Virus record (IMG/VR): IMGVR_UViG_3300017785_006519
Coordinates: 1 to 35,183 of that record
Origin: a virus
Taxonomy: Duplodnaviria; Caudoviricetes
Reading direction: 5' to 3' (one strand)
Length of the DNA stretch: 35,183 bases
Of the stretch, positions 17,502-25,447 are shown piece by piece. A model generated the notes under the pieces. The model made no database searches. It was given only the letters and a program-made list of their open reading frames with translations, and was not told where the DNA came from. The position numbers were made by a program, and so were the translations under genes. Every line of letters begins with the position of its first letter. The stretch's first letter is position 1.

Positions 17502-19886
17502 ATGGACATTCTCTCACTCTCCCTCACGGCAACCCCTGGCAGCGCAACATCGATTGAACTGAGCGACGGCACACGCGCCACGCTCGGCACGCTCCCCGTG
17601 TCCAGCGCGCAAGCCACCGCCGACGCCGTGGTGTTGGCAGCGGCAGCTGCAGACGCTACGAGCAAGGCCAACGCCGCACAGGCCGCCAGCCAGCCGCTCG
17701 ATTCGGATCTCACCGCAATCGCCGCGCTCACCACGACCAGCTACGGGCGGTCATTCTTGCCCCTTGCCGATGCCTCGGCGGGCCGCACGCTGCTCGGCCT
17801 CGGCACCTTGGCCACGCAGTCTGGCACTTTCTCAGGCACCAGCTCGGGCACCAACACCGGCGACCAGACGGCGACGACGGTCGCCAACACGCCCGCCGGA
17901 AACATCGCGGCGACGACCGTGCAAGCGGCGTTAAACGAGCTGGACAGCGAGAAAGCCAACCTCGCCAGCCCCACCTTTACGGGCAACCCGCTCGCGCCAA
18001 CGCCAGCCACGACCGACAGCGACACATCGGTTGCAACCACGGCCATGGTGCAGGCGGTGAGCCAAGCCGAGAACACCTTCGCCACGCTCTCAATCTCCGC
18101 AGCGGGCGACAACTTGGTGGCGGCGACGACGGCGCAAAACCGCGTCAAGACGACCTCGGTCACGGTCACGGCGGGCACCTACACGGCGACGGTGACGCTG
18201 CAAACGACGAACGCGATTGCGGGCGACATGCGCGTGCTGCGCGTGGCGATGCCTGCTGGTCTTCTCAACGTGATCGACGTGCGCAACGCGACGAGCGGCG
18301 GCACGGCTCTCGGCAACGTGCCGATGGACGGGGCGATTGCTCGCGTGTGGGTGGGTCGCACCTCGTACACGGGCAGCGCGTGGGGCGAGATCAACTGGGT
18401 TCCGGTATCCGTTGCCGAATACACGGCGCTGGCGGTGATGAACTCCACCTTTTCGCGGCAGTCCGCGGGCTACCTGCAAAGCGACGGCGCAACGCCGAAC
18501 CGAGCTGCGGGCATCCAAGGCCCGTTCGACGCGACGAACAACCCGCGAGGCTGGGTGGCGGGCGCGGCGGTCATGGAGTGGTGCGGGTGGGTGGAGGCGA
18601 GTAGTTCGACAACGGGTTACATTGCATCCCTTGGATCAACCCCATCGGCGGAACCGGGCAACCTATACTCTGCGATTTGGGTGCGTGTTTTAACCGGTTC
18701 CTTAATCGTTCGTAATTCAGACGTAGCATCTACCGCCAATTACCGAAATTTCGCTTATAGCGGCTTCGGCACGGCTTATGCGGGAACACGGGTTTGGCTG
18801 CGTGTTATCCTCACGAATGGAACATCTAATCCCGAAGTGTGGGCCAACGGTGTAAACATTAGCGCGAGCTTCACCCTCACGACAAATGCGCCACCCGACT
18901 GGCTTAATTCGAGCCTGTTGCCGAATTACCATGTCACGGGTTGGGGGTGGCCCGCAGGCCGCGCACCGCTGGGGCAGTGGATTCTCGGCAGTCTGACCGC
19001 CGCCGAGTCGCTCGCGTGGATGATTACAGGCCAGCCGCCCGCTTGGGTCGCGGCGGGTGGGAGTGCGGTCAACGCTATCACCAGTGTTACACGCAATTCT
19101 GATTTCTCCGCAGGTGCCACGGACTGGTCAACGCAGTTCACGGCAACCGCCTCGGTTGTTTCGTCGGCACTTAACTGTACCACTTCGGCCAGCAATGACA
19201 ACGTGCGTCTGACGCAGGGGTTTTTCTCTCGTACCGTGCTGCCTGGGCTGCGCATTCGCTTTACTGCAACCATATCCAATTTTGCAACAACCGGAGGTGT
19301 TCTTAAAGCGGTGATGGCAACTGCTTCGGGTCAAGACGTGTTTGTGATAACTGGTAATGGGACGTATTCGGGAGAAATTGAGAGTAACACGACGATCGGT
19401 TATTCTTTCCCGATATTCACTCAAACTAGCGCGGGGTCTTTTACCTTTACGGTTGACAACCTAAAGCTGGAGTTCCTCGGTGCCCTCAGTTTGCCCGTAG
19501 TGCAGCCCATCGCATGTTTGGACGACGCGACCACCCTCGGCGGCAATCAGGCTCGGCTCTTGGGCATGATTCCGGTGACGGATAAACGCGATTGGCGCAT
19601 CAGTGCCGACACTTGGCTGGCAAGCAATCAGCGCATCCTCGAAGGCGCGCTCATCGACTCGACTGCCGATATTATCGACTCGATCGAGCAGACCACGACC
19701 GGAACCCCCACTGTCACCATCGGCAGCGCGTCGGCTGGTGTGCAATACAAGGCATCTGGCGCGTTAGCCGCAGGTATTAACCCCACGACCTTAGTTACCC
19801 GTAAAGCCGCTTCAAACGAGTTCTGGGTAGGCTCAGGCACCGCAGTCACCGTCCGCACCACCATCAAAGGCCACCGCGCAATATAA
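17502..19886 (+). CDS. Tail fibre/receptor-binding protein
   Basis: QPLDSDLTAIA, SGTNTGDQ, VQAALNELD and LASPTFTG fibre motifs; beta-rich C-terminal domains. Confidence 0.85.
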   Translation: MDILSLSLTATPGSATSIELSDGTRATLGTLPVSSAQATADAVVLAAAAADATSKANAAQAASQPLDSDLTAIAALTTTSYGRSFLPLADASAGRTLLGLGTLATQSGTFSGTSSGTNTGDQTATTVANTPAGNIAATTVQAALNELDSEKANLASPTFTGNPLAPTPATTDSDTSVATTAMVQAVSQAENTFATLSISAAGDNLVAATTAQNRVKTTSVTVTAGTYTATVTLQTTNAIAGDMRVLRVAMPAGLLNVIDVRNATSGGTALGNVPMDGAIARVWVGRTSYTGSAWGEINWVPVSVAEYTALAVMNSTFSRQSAGYLQSDGATPNRAAGIQGPFDATNNPRGWVAGAAVMEWCGWVEASSSTTGYIASLGSTPSAEPGNLYSAIWVRVLTGSLIVRNSDVASTANYRNFAYSGFGTAYAGTRVWLRVILTNGTSNPEVWANGVNISASFTLTTNAPPDWLNSSLLPNYHVTGWGWPAGRAPLGQWILGSLTAAESLAWMITGQPPAWVAAGGSAVNAITSVTRNSDFSAGATDWSTQFTATASVVSSALNCTTSASNDNVRLTQGFFSRTVLPGLRIRFTATISNFATTGGVLKAVMATASGQDVFVITGNGTYSGEIESNTTIGYSFPIFTQTSAGSFTFTVDNLKLEFLGALSLPVVQPIACLDDATTLGGNQARLLGMIPVTDKRDWRISADTWLASNQRILEGALIDSTADIIDSIEQTTTGTPTVTIGSASAGVQYKASGALAAGINPTTLVTRKAASNEFWVGSGTAVTVRTTIKGHRAI

Positions 19887-19888
19887 CC

Positions 19889-20089
19889 ATGATCGAAGAA
19901 ATCATCTCCCCTTGGCCCATGACCGTCACGGTCGCGCCCGATGTTTTTGTGAACGTCACAGGCATCTCGGCAAACTCCTACGTCATCGACAACCGCATCG
20001 GACTCGAATCCCCGACCGCCGCCAACGAGGCTAACGTCGAAGCCGAGCTTCCAGCGCTCTGGGCTGCCTTCAAACTGACCAACCCGTGA
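19889..20089 (+). CDS. Hypothetical protein
   Basis: Coupled ORF after the tail fibre. Confidence 0.55.
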   Translation: MIEEIISPWPMTVTVAPDVFVNVTGISANSYVIDNRIGLESPTAANEANVEAELPALWAAFKLTNP

Positions 20090-20532
20090 AGCTCATGATC
20101 CTCACCCTCGTCGCCTGCATCGGTGCTGCCGTCATGGCCGTGATCGTTGCCGAGGAAATCCAACGCCACCGCTCCATGATTAAAGCCCTGCCACCCTCAC
20201 AAACCGTCGCTCCGCACGAAATCGACGGCATGTTGCGCGAGGGCTACCCGCTCGTCGCCGTCCTCGGCACCGGCTCCATGCAACCCTACATCCCCGCAGG
20301 CGATGGCCTCGTGGCGTGGGTCATGGTAGAGCGCTGTGATTTCAGCCTTTTGGGCAAAGGCGACCTGGTGGTTTTCCGCACTTCGCACGGCAACATCCTG
20401 CACCAACTCGCCCAGCTCACCGCAGCCGGCTGGATCACCTCGGGACTCCATAATTCCAGCTACGACAACACCCGCGTTTACCCCGAGACCTTCGTCGGGC
20501 GCGTGGCAAAAACTTACATCATCAAAAAATGA
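20086..20532 (+). CDS. S26/S24-like serine peptidase with N-terminal TM
   Basis: GTGSMQP, GDLVVF and ILHQL motifs. Confidence 0.6.
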   Translation: MKLMILTLVACIGAAVMAVIVAEEIQRHRSMIKALPPSQTVAPHEIDGMLREGYPLVAVLGTGSMQPYIPAGDGLVAWVMVERCDFSLLGKGDLVVFRTSHGNILHQLAQLTAAGWITSGLHNSSYDNTRVYPETFVGRVAKTYIIKK

Positions 20533-20963
20533 GCTTAATCGACATCCTATTTAACGCAGCGGGCGGCGGCGTCGTCGGCTCCGTCCTCCATCTTGGCACC
20601 TCGTTTTTCGAGACGTGGCAGAAGAAGAAGAACGCTGAGGTCGAGATCCTGCTGATGAACGCCAAGGTCGCTGCCGCTGAGAAGCAGTCCGCATGGGACG
20701 CCTTCACCGCTTCGCAGAAGACCAACGACGCAATCCCGATCCCTGAGGGCGCGGCGTCGTGGGTGGCCTCGCTGCTGGGCATTGTTGAGGCTTTGCGGGC
20801 CTTTACCCGCCCAGGCCTTACGTGGGCCTTACTCGGCGTCCTTTCGCTCGCCTATTTCAAAGCGCCCGAGGAGGTGCAGGCTGGCATGATCTCCGAACTC
20901 CAATTCGCCGCATTTACCGCAATCTTCTGGTGGCTGGGCAGCCGCTACACTTCCAAAAAATGA
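20529..20963 (+). CDS. Holin-like membrane protein
   Basis: TM segments; 'RAFTRPGLT...WWLGSR' resembles 3TM holins. Confidence 0.65.
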   Translation: MSLIDILFNAAGGGVVGSVLHLGTSFFETWQKKKNAEVEILLMNAKVAAAEKQSAWDAFTASQKTNDAIPIPEGAASWVASLLGIVEALRAFTRPGLTWALLGVLSLAYFKAPEEVQAGMISELQFAAFTAIFWWLGSRYTSKK

Positions 20964-21184
20964 ACCCCTCCGCAATCGCCGCAGACCTACTCCAAGACCG
21001 CACGATCACCGTCGGGGGCATGTTCTCCTTCCCCACGTTCTTCGGCGGCATCACGCTTGCCGAGGCCAATCAATGGGTAGGCTTTTACGCCGTATGCGTT
21101 GGTGCTATCGGATCGACCTTGGTCGTGATTTATACGGCGCTTAAAATAGTCCGCATGGCTGGCGACAAGAACGCCAAGGAGTGA
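20960..21184 (+). CDS. Small membrane protein (holin-like)
   Basis: ATGA overlap; hydrophobic segments; basic tail. Confidence 0.55.
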   Translation: MNPSAIAADLLQDRTITVGGMFSFPTFFGGITLAEANQWVGFYAVCVGAIGSTLVVIYTALKIVRMAGDKNAKE

Positions 21185-21189
21185 GCACG

Positions 21190-21227
21190 AAAAAGCCCCG
21201 CTTTTTACGGTGGGGCTTCTGGTTTTT
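21190..21227. terminator. Probable bidirectional intrinsic terminator
   Basis: AAGCCCCGC / GTGGGGCTT stem with A-run and T-rich flanks, between convergent operons. Confidence 0.75.
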
Positions 21228-21362
21228 ACAAGGCTTATGGGGTCTTGTGCTGATGGAAAGCTTTCCAGTTTAGCAGGCGTTAAGCGCGCCTAACTAGATC
21301 CGCGCAAAACCTACTTTTTTACGGTTTCCAAGTGGTGTGGCCCGCCTACATGGAAAATCTTC

Positions 21363-21381
21363 CGACTACACAACGTTCGGC
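21363..21381 (+). promoter_or_regulatory. attI-like entry site (core G|TTCGGC)
   Basis: GTTCGGC 21375-21381 complements R'' GCCGAAC of attC1; no attC hairpin upstream. Confidence 0.55.
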
Positions 21382-21635
21382 AGAAGCTGGCAGCGGGCTT
21401 TCCCCTGCATCGTTGCTTCATCCCGCCATTCCGTGACTCGGTAGCCACAGCGGATCAAATCGGCACGGGCTTCCTTCCATTGCCGCTCAAACTCGCGAGG
21501 CGACACGCCAGAGCGCATCACAGCGTAGTCCGAGACCTCAATCGTAAAGTCGTCAGGCAACTGAGCCGAACCAAGCGCTGGACTCAATGACCACGATTGG
21601 CCCGCTAATTGTTTGCTATCAGGTAGAGTGGTCAT
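21366..21635 (-). CDS. Cassette 1 hypothetical protein
   Basis: Start inside attC1 (alternative ATG 21518); ends LPNVV beyond the core. Confidence 0.6.
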   Translation of the reverse strand: MTTLPDSKQLAGQSWSLSPALGSAQLPDDFTIEVSDYAVMRSGVSPREFERQWKEARADLIRCGYRVTEWRDEATMQGKARCQLLPNVV

Positions 21636-21655
21636 GAGTCAGCTTTACGTTAGGC
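21565..21655 (+). repeat. attC 1
   Basis: GCCGAAC-caagc-GCTGGACT...AGTCAGC-tttac-GTTAGGC. Confidence 0.9.
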
Positions 21656-21671
21656 AATGCGGACACCGGAA

Positions 21672-21935
21672 TTAGCGTGGCCCTTCGAAAAGGTATTCTT
21701 CGGTTTCAAGTGTTTCTTTATGCTCGGCTTGGTTGCTCGCTAATAGATCGTCGTGGAGATTAGCCCATCCAAGTACCCAAAAAGGGACGTGCTCGCTCAT
21801 GTGGTTTGGGCACTTATTTGCGAACTGGAGTTGATTAGCAGTAAGCTCTAGTATTAGGCCCCACTTTGATTTAATCCTAGTGCCAATCGGTAGCGGTTTA
21901 TTATCCGCATACAGTTTATAGATTTCGGGTGTCAT
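21672..21935 (-). CDS. Cassette 2 hypothetical protein (87 aa)
   Basis: MTPEIYK start after the AT-rich leader. Confidence 0.75.
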   Translation of the reverse strand: MTPEIYKLYADNKPLPIGTRIKSKWGLILELTANQLQFANKCPNHMSEHVPFWVLGWANLHDDLLASNQAEHKETLETEEYLFEGPR

Positions 21936-21973
21936 GCTATTTATGGTTATATCGGAATTACGGAAGTTACAGA

Positions 21974-22063
21974 GCCTAACCACGCGCTACAGCGAATAGC
22001 CCGCAGACGTCGCAAATTGTTCGTGTAGGTGCAGTGGGCTATCGCTGAGCTTAAACGTTGGGC
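21974..22063 (+). repeat. attC 2
   Basis: GCCTAAC-cacgc-GCTACAGC...GCTGAGC-ttaaac-GTTGGGC. Confidence 0.95.
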
Positions 22064-22233
22064 AATGAAGCATCCCGAACCAGCCGCTCAAATGCGCGGG
22101 CTTGGCTGAGCTTCGTGATGTGGCAGTAAAGGCGGAATCGGGATGACGTATATTGATCCACCTTCACCGTCACCGCGACCCGAGCGGGGCCAGCCTTACG
22201 GCCTGCTCCTTTGCGTTTGCCTCCGGCGCTCAT
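22051..22233 (-). CDS. Cassette 3 small DNA-binding protein (GGKRKGAGRK motif, RHH-like), copy 1
   Basis: Differs by one residue from 24882..25064. Confidence 0.8.
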   Translation of the reverse strand: MSAGGKRKGAGRKAGPARVAVTVKVDQYTSSRFRLYCHITKLSQARAFERLVRDASLPNV

Positions 22234-22406
22234 GCGCGGCGCACGCTGTTTTTCTTTACTTTGCCGGTTTTCGTGAGGCGGCAGTCATATTCCGTTCCAC
22301 CAACGAAAAACATAAGAACGTCCTCCACTTGGCGAATCTGACTGATGACTTCATTGGAGACGTTGAGGGCGGCGGCGATGTCGTAGCGGTGTTGGGTTAA
22401 GTTCAT
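22230..22406 (-). CDS. Cassette 3 first gene (58 aa)
   Basis: MNLTQHRYDIAAALNV...SVRRA; ATGA overlap with the next gene. Confidence 0.7.
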   Translation of the reverse strand: MNLTQHRYDIAAALNVSNEVISQIRQVEDVLMFFVGGTEYDCRLTKTGKVKKNSVRRA

Positions 22407-22413
22407 GAGTTAG

Positions 22414-22441
22414 ACCCTGATAGTATTTTTATTGTTTGCAA
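22414..22441 (-). promoter_or_regulatory. Putative cassette-internal promoter
   Basis: TTGCAA-16 bp-CAGGGT, 7 nt before the ATG; homologous to 25269-25296. Confidence 0.45.
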
Positions 22442-22496
22442 GCACTATTTCAAAATAAATCAAAAAAAGATTTCGGAGACGGAAACGGGCATCAGA

Positions 22497-22589
22497 GCCC
22501 ATCAAGGCGCTAGAGCCAAGATGCGCATTGGCCCGCTGATGGTTTAGCGTCAGGGGTGTTGCGCATCTGGCTCAGCTTTAACGTTGGGC
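22497..22589 (+). repeat. attC 3 (R'' AAC changed to ATC)
   Basis: GCCCATC-aaggc-GCTAGAGC...GCTCAGC-tttaac-GTTGGGC. Confidence 0.9.
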
Positions 22590-22798
22590 AGAGGCGGAAC
22601 CAATCGTAGCCAATGCGTAGGAATCTCGTAAGATTCTAGTCGGCACCAATCCATCCGGCCGAAGCCATTTATGCTATACTCCTTCCAGCATCCGTTTACC
22701 CATCTACAGCCCATGAGCATTTGCTTGGATGTTTCACACCAAAGCACCAGATCGCTTCCGTCTTTGGGTGCTGTATCTATACTTTTCCAGTCATTCAT
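22550..22798 (-). CDS. Cassette 4 DUF551-like phage protein
   Basis: WKSIDTAPKDG...PTHW motifs. Confidence 0.8.
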   Translation of the reverse strand: MNDWKSIDTAPKDGSDLVLWCETSKQMLMGCRWVNGCWKEYSINGFGRMDWCRLESYEIPTHWLRLVPPLPNVKAEPDAQHP

Positions 22799-22843
22799 AG
22801 TTTATATTATTCAAGGGTTATTCGTAAATTAAAAGGCATCAGA

Positions 22844-22935
22844 GCCCAACCAGGCGCTAGAGCCAAGATGCGCATTGGGCCGCTGATTGTTTACTGTCAG
22901 GGGTGTTGCGCATCTGGCTCAGCTAGACGTTAGGC
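22844..22935 (+). repeat. attC 4
   Basis: GCCCAAC-caggc-GCTAGAGC...GCTCAGC-tagac-GTTAGGC. Confidence 0.95.
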
Positions 22936-23106
22936 AGATTTTAAGACAAAGTATGCGTGCTCAATATTGCATTCGTCCCATTCGCCGTGAAAGCATTTAG
23001 CCAGTGGTGTATATGCCTCATGAATGATCTTACTTAGCCGTGCGTTCTCGGCTTTGAGTTCGTCGTTTTCAGAAAGGACGGCTTTAAGTTGTTCGGTGGT
23101 TGTCAT
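22930..23106 (-). CDS. Cassette 5 hypothetical protein (58 aa)
   Basis: MTTTEQLKAV...FVLKSA; stop codon inside the core site. Confidence 0.75.
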   Translation of the reverse strand: MTTTEQLKAVLSENDELKAENARLSKIIHEAYTPLAKCFHGEWDECNIEHAYFVLKSA

Positions 23107-23140
23107 GTTATCTATTAGTTATCAGAATTAAAGACGCAGA

Positions 23141-23234
23141 GCCTAACCAAGCGCTACAGAGAACGACCACGCTATTGACTCAAATGGTTCGAGTGTCGGG
23201 TAGATGTGGTCGTCTCTGAGCTTAAACGTTGGGC
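23141..23234 (+). repeat. attC 5
   Basis: GCCTAAC-caagc-GCTACAGA...TCTGAGC-ttaaac-GTTGGGC. Confidence 0.95.
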
Positions 23235-23539
23235 AACTCGGAATTAAGGCCGAGCGCTTCAGCTGCGTTCCTAAATGCAGACACGTTTATCGCTTGGTTC
23301 CCGACTACCCTAACCTTTTTCATTGGGTCAAGCCCGTCCAGCGCGGAGGCAAATAACCCAAACGGAGCGAGTGCGTCTTGCAGCTTTTCGAGCTCATTGA
23401 TTAGTTTCCTGTATTCGGCCCGATTTACGCGAGCGTCATGAACTTCTAAAAGCGATGCCAGCTCAGGAATCGCATCGTGATTCCACTCCATGCGTTCGCA
23501 GTATTTTCCAGCAAGTGTGATATATTCGTCGGGTGTCAT
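23222..23539 (-). CDS. Cassette 6 hypothetical protein (105 aa)
   Basis: MTPDEYITL start after the conserved leader; ends LPNV. Confidence 0.75.
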   Translation of the reverse strand: MTPDEYITLAGKYCERMEWNHDAIPELASLLEVHDARVNRAEYRKLINELEKLQDALAPFGLFASALDGLDPMKKVRVVGNQAINVSAFRNAAEALGLNSELPNV

Positions 23540-23570
23540 TTGATTAGTTATTTCGGAAGCGGGCATTCGA

Positions 23571-23660
23571 GCCCAACCACGCGCTACAGCGAATAGCCCA
23601 ATAACGCCGCTGATGGTTCGTGTATTTGTTTGTGGGCTATCGCTGAGCTTTACGTTAGGC
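23571..23660 (+). repeat. attC 6
   Basis: GCCCAAC-cacgc-GCTACAGC...GCTGAGC-tttac-GTTAGGC. Confidence 0.95.
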
Positions 23661-23837
23661 AGAGTTGACCTTACGGACAAGTTCGCGGGCTGCTTTGAGC
23701 ACCCTATCGTGGTCAACGTCGTCGTAATCCACAAACATCCTTAGTGCCTGTTCAACCTGTAGGCTTTCGGATTCTTCAGTTATCAAGAGGCGTTTATCAC
23801 CGGGCTGCGGGTCGTGGAGTTTAAGTTTCATATTCAT
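23655..23837 (-). CDS. Cassette 7 hypothetical protein
   Basis: 60 aa; stop codon inside the core site. Confidence 0.75.
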   Translation of the reverse strand: MNMKLKLHDPQPGDKRLLITEESESLQVEQALRMFVDYDDVDHDRVLKAARELVRKVNSA

Positions 23838-23870
23838 TGTTGTTTAGTTATTCGGAATTAAAGACACGGA

Positions 23871-23959
23871 GCCTAACCAGGCGCTACAGCGAATAGCCCG
23901 CAACGCCGCTGATGGTTCGGCTAGTTTCAGTGGGCTATCGCTGAGCTTGAACGTTAGGC
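23871..23959 (+). repeat. attC 7
   Basis: GCCTAAC-caggc-GCTACAGC...GCTGAGC-ttgaac-GTTAGGC. Confidence 0.95.
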
Positions 23960-24265
23960 AGAGAATGAATCCAATTCAGCCTGATACTTCGCAATCTTAC
24001 CCTTTAGCCACTTAATCCGTTTTCCGTTAATCACAGTTTTTTCTGCGGATGTTTTTCGACGCCCATCGGTATGAATCATATCCTCCGTAAGAATAGCACC
24101 GCACTCATATGCCTTCATTACTAGTTTTTTGGTGAGCGTTCGGCGGGATGGTATTATTAGTGCACCAGTCACAGGATGGACTGCATCGACCTTTAGTTTT
24201 CTTCCTGCATATGCCGTGTCGCAGAATTTCATTTTTTCGCTAAGCTCTGTTTTCTTATTAGTCAT
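23954..24265 (-). CDS. Cassette 8 basic hypothetical protein
   Basis: 103 aa; stop codon inside the core site. Confidence 0.75.
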   Translation of the reverse strand: MTNKKTELSEKMKFCDTAYAGRKLKVDAVHPVTGALIIPSRRTLTKKLVMKAYECGAILTEDMIHTDGRRKTSAEKTVINGKRIKWLKGKIAKYQAELDSFSA

Positions 24266-24324
24266 AGTCTTTCGTTTAGTTTCAGTGTTCGTTTACATTA
24301 CCCAATCATCGGAAAAACCATACA

Positions 24325-24418
24325 GCCTAACCAGTCGCTACAGCGAATGAGCACACTAGGCACGCTAATGGATCGTGTATCGAGTAGAAGTGCTCATCGC
24401 TGAGCTTGAACGTTGGGC
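24325..24418 (+). repeat. attC 8
   Basis: GCCTAAC-cagtc-GCTACAGC...GCTGAGC-ttgaac-GTTGGGC. Confidence 0.95.
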
Positions 24419-24765
24419 AATGCAGAAAGTTCGGACTCTGCTTTTTTAATGGCGACATGTGATCTTTCAATTACCCGCCTAAGTTGGTTTATCTTTTTCT
24501 CTCGCTTCTCCGCGTCCTTCTGCGCCTGCGTAAGTTTTCTGTGAATTTCCTTTTTTCTCATGTTGGGCTTCATCCACCCAACCTCACGCATGCGATTAAC
24601 GAATCCATCCCCGCACCCCTTAAAGGATCGCCAGTAGTTTTCCGTTTTTTCACTGAATAAGTGTTGCGGTATTTTATCGACATTTAAGGCGTGTCTTATC
24701 GCGGCCTGTTCCAGCGGCCTAAATACTGACATACGCACCTCGTTCTTTATTTTTTCGGTTATCAT
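24394..24765 (-). CDS. Cassette 9 hypothetical protein (123 aa, C-terminal coiled coil)
   Basis: MITEKIKNE start after the conserved leader; ends LPNVQAQR. Confidence 0.75.
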   Translation of the reverse strand: MITEKIKNEVRMSVFRPLEQAAIRHALNVDKIPQHLFSEKTENYWRSFKGCGDGFVNRMREVGWMKPNMRKKEIHRKLTQAQKDAEKREKKINQLRRVIERSHVAIKKAESELSALPNVQAQR

Positions 24766-24802
24766 AAATTCGTTTAGTTTTATTCGGAAGGGATACAAAG
24801 AC

Positions 24803-24894
24803 GCCCAACCAAGCGCTACAGAGAACGACCACGCTTGGCACTCTAATGGTTCGGGAGTCAGGGAGAGTGGTCGTCTCTGAGCTAGACGTTGGGC
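24803..24894 (+). repeat. attC 9
   Basis: GCCCAAC-caagc-GCTACAGA...TCTGAGC-tagac-GTTGGGC. Confidence 0.95.
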
Positions 24895-25064
24895 AATGAA
24901 GCATCCCGAACCAGTCGCTCGAATGCGCGGGCTTGGCTGAGCTTCGTGATGTGGCAGTAAAGGCGGAAGCGGGATGACGTGTATTCGTCCACCTTCACCG
25001 TCACAGCGACCCGAGCGGGGCCAGCCTTGCGGCCTGCACCTTTGCGTTTTCCTCCTGCGCTCAT
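24882..25064 (-). CDS. Cassette 10 small DNA-binding protein, copy 2
   Basis: Near-identical to 22051..22233. Confidence 0.8.
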   Translation of the reverse strand: MSAGGKRKGAGRKAGPARVAVTVKVDEYTSSRFRLYCHITKLSQARAFERLVRDASLPNV

Positions 25065-25261
25065 GCGGCCATTGCTGCGTTGATGGATGGAGCAGCAACC
25101 CGAGCGATCTGCGTGAATTTATCGCCCATGTAGTTATATGCAATCTGCGCATCAGCATATCCTAAGCTCTGCGCGACCTTGAAGAAATGGTCGGCGCGCT
25201 TCTGCGCGGCGCTAGCAATGCGGGCGTTTTTAATGCGGTCGGATGTGTTAAGTAGGTTCAT
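25061..25261 (-). CDS. Cassette 10 first gene (66 aa)
   Basis: ATGA overlap; unrelated to the cassette 3 first gene beyond MNL. Confidence 0.7.
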   Translation of the reverse strand: MNLLNTSDRIKNARIASAAQKRADHFFKVAQSLGYADAQIAYNYMGDKFTQIARVAAPSINAAMAA

Positions 25262-25268
25262 GAGTTAG

Positions 25269-25296
25269 ACCGTAAGAGCGTTTTGATTGATTGCAA
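25269..25296 (-). promoter_or_regulatory. Putative cassette-internal promoter
   Basis: TTGCAA-16 bp-TACGGT, 7 nt before the ATG; flanked by ATCAAAA repeats. Confidence 0.55.
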
Positions 25297-25350
25297 GCAC
25301 TAAATCAAAATAAATCAAAATAGATTTAGGAGACGGAAACGAGCATCCGA

Positions 25351-25445
25351 GCCCAACCAAGCGCTGGAGCCAACGACCCTGCTTGTCACTCTAATGGTTC
25401 GATTATCGCAGGTGTTAGGGTCGCGGCTCAGCTTTAACGTTGGGC
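25351..25445 (+). repeat. attC 10
   Basis: GCCCAAC-caagc-GCTGGAGC...GCTCAGC-tttaac-GTTGGGC. Confidence 0.95.
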
Positions 25446-25447
25446 AA

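Noticed and set aside
17502-19886. Diversity-generating retroelement or invertible tail-fibre switch
   Set aside because: No reverse transcriptase, TR/VR pair or invertase seen.
24394-25158. 254-aa ORF, and the 170-aa ORF at 23222..23734, spanning attC sites
   Set aside because: The extensions overlap other genes and cross cassette boundaries; better starts follow the conserved leader at 24765 and 23539.
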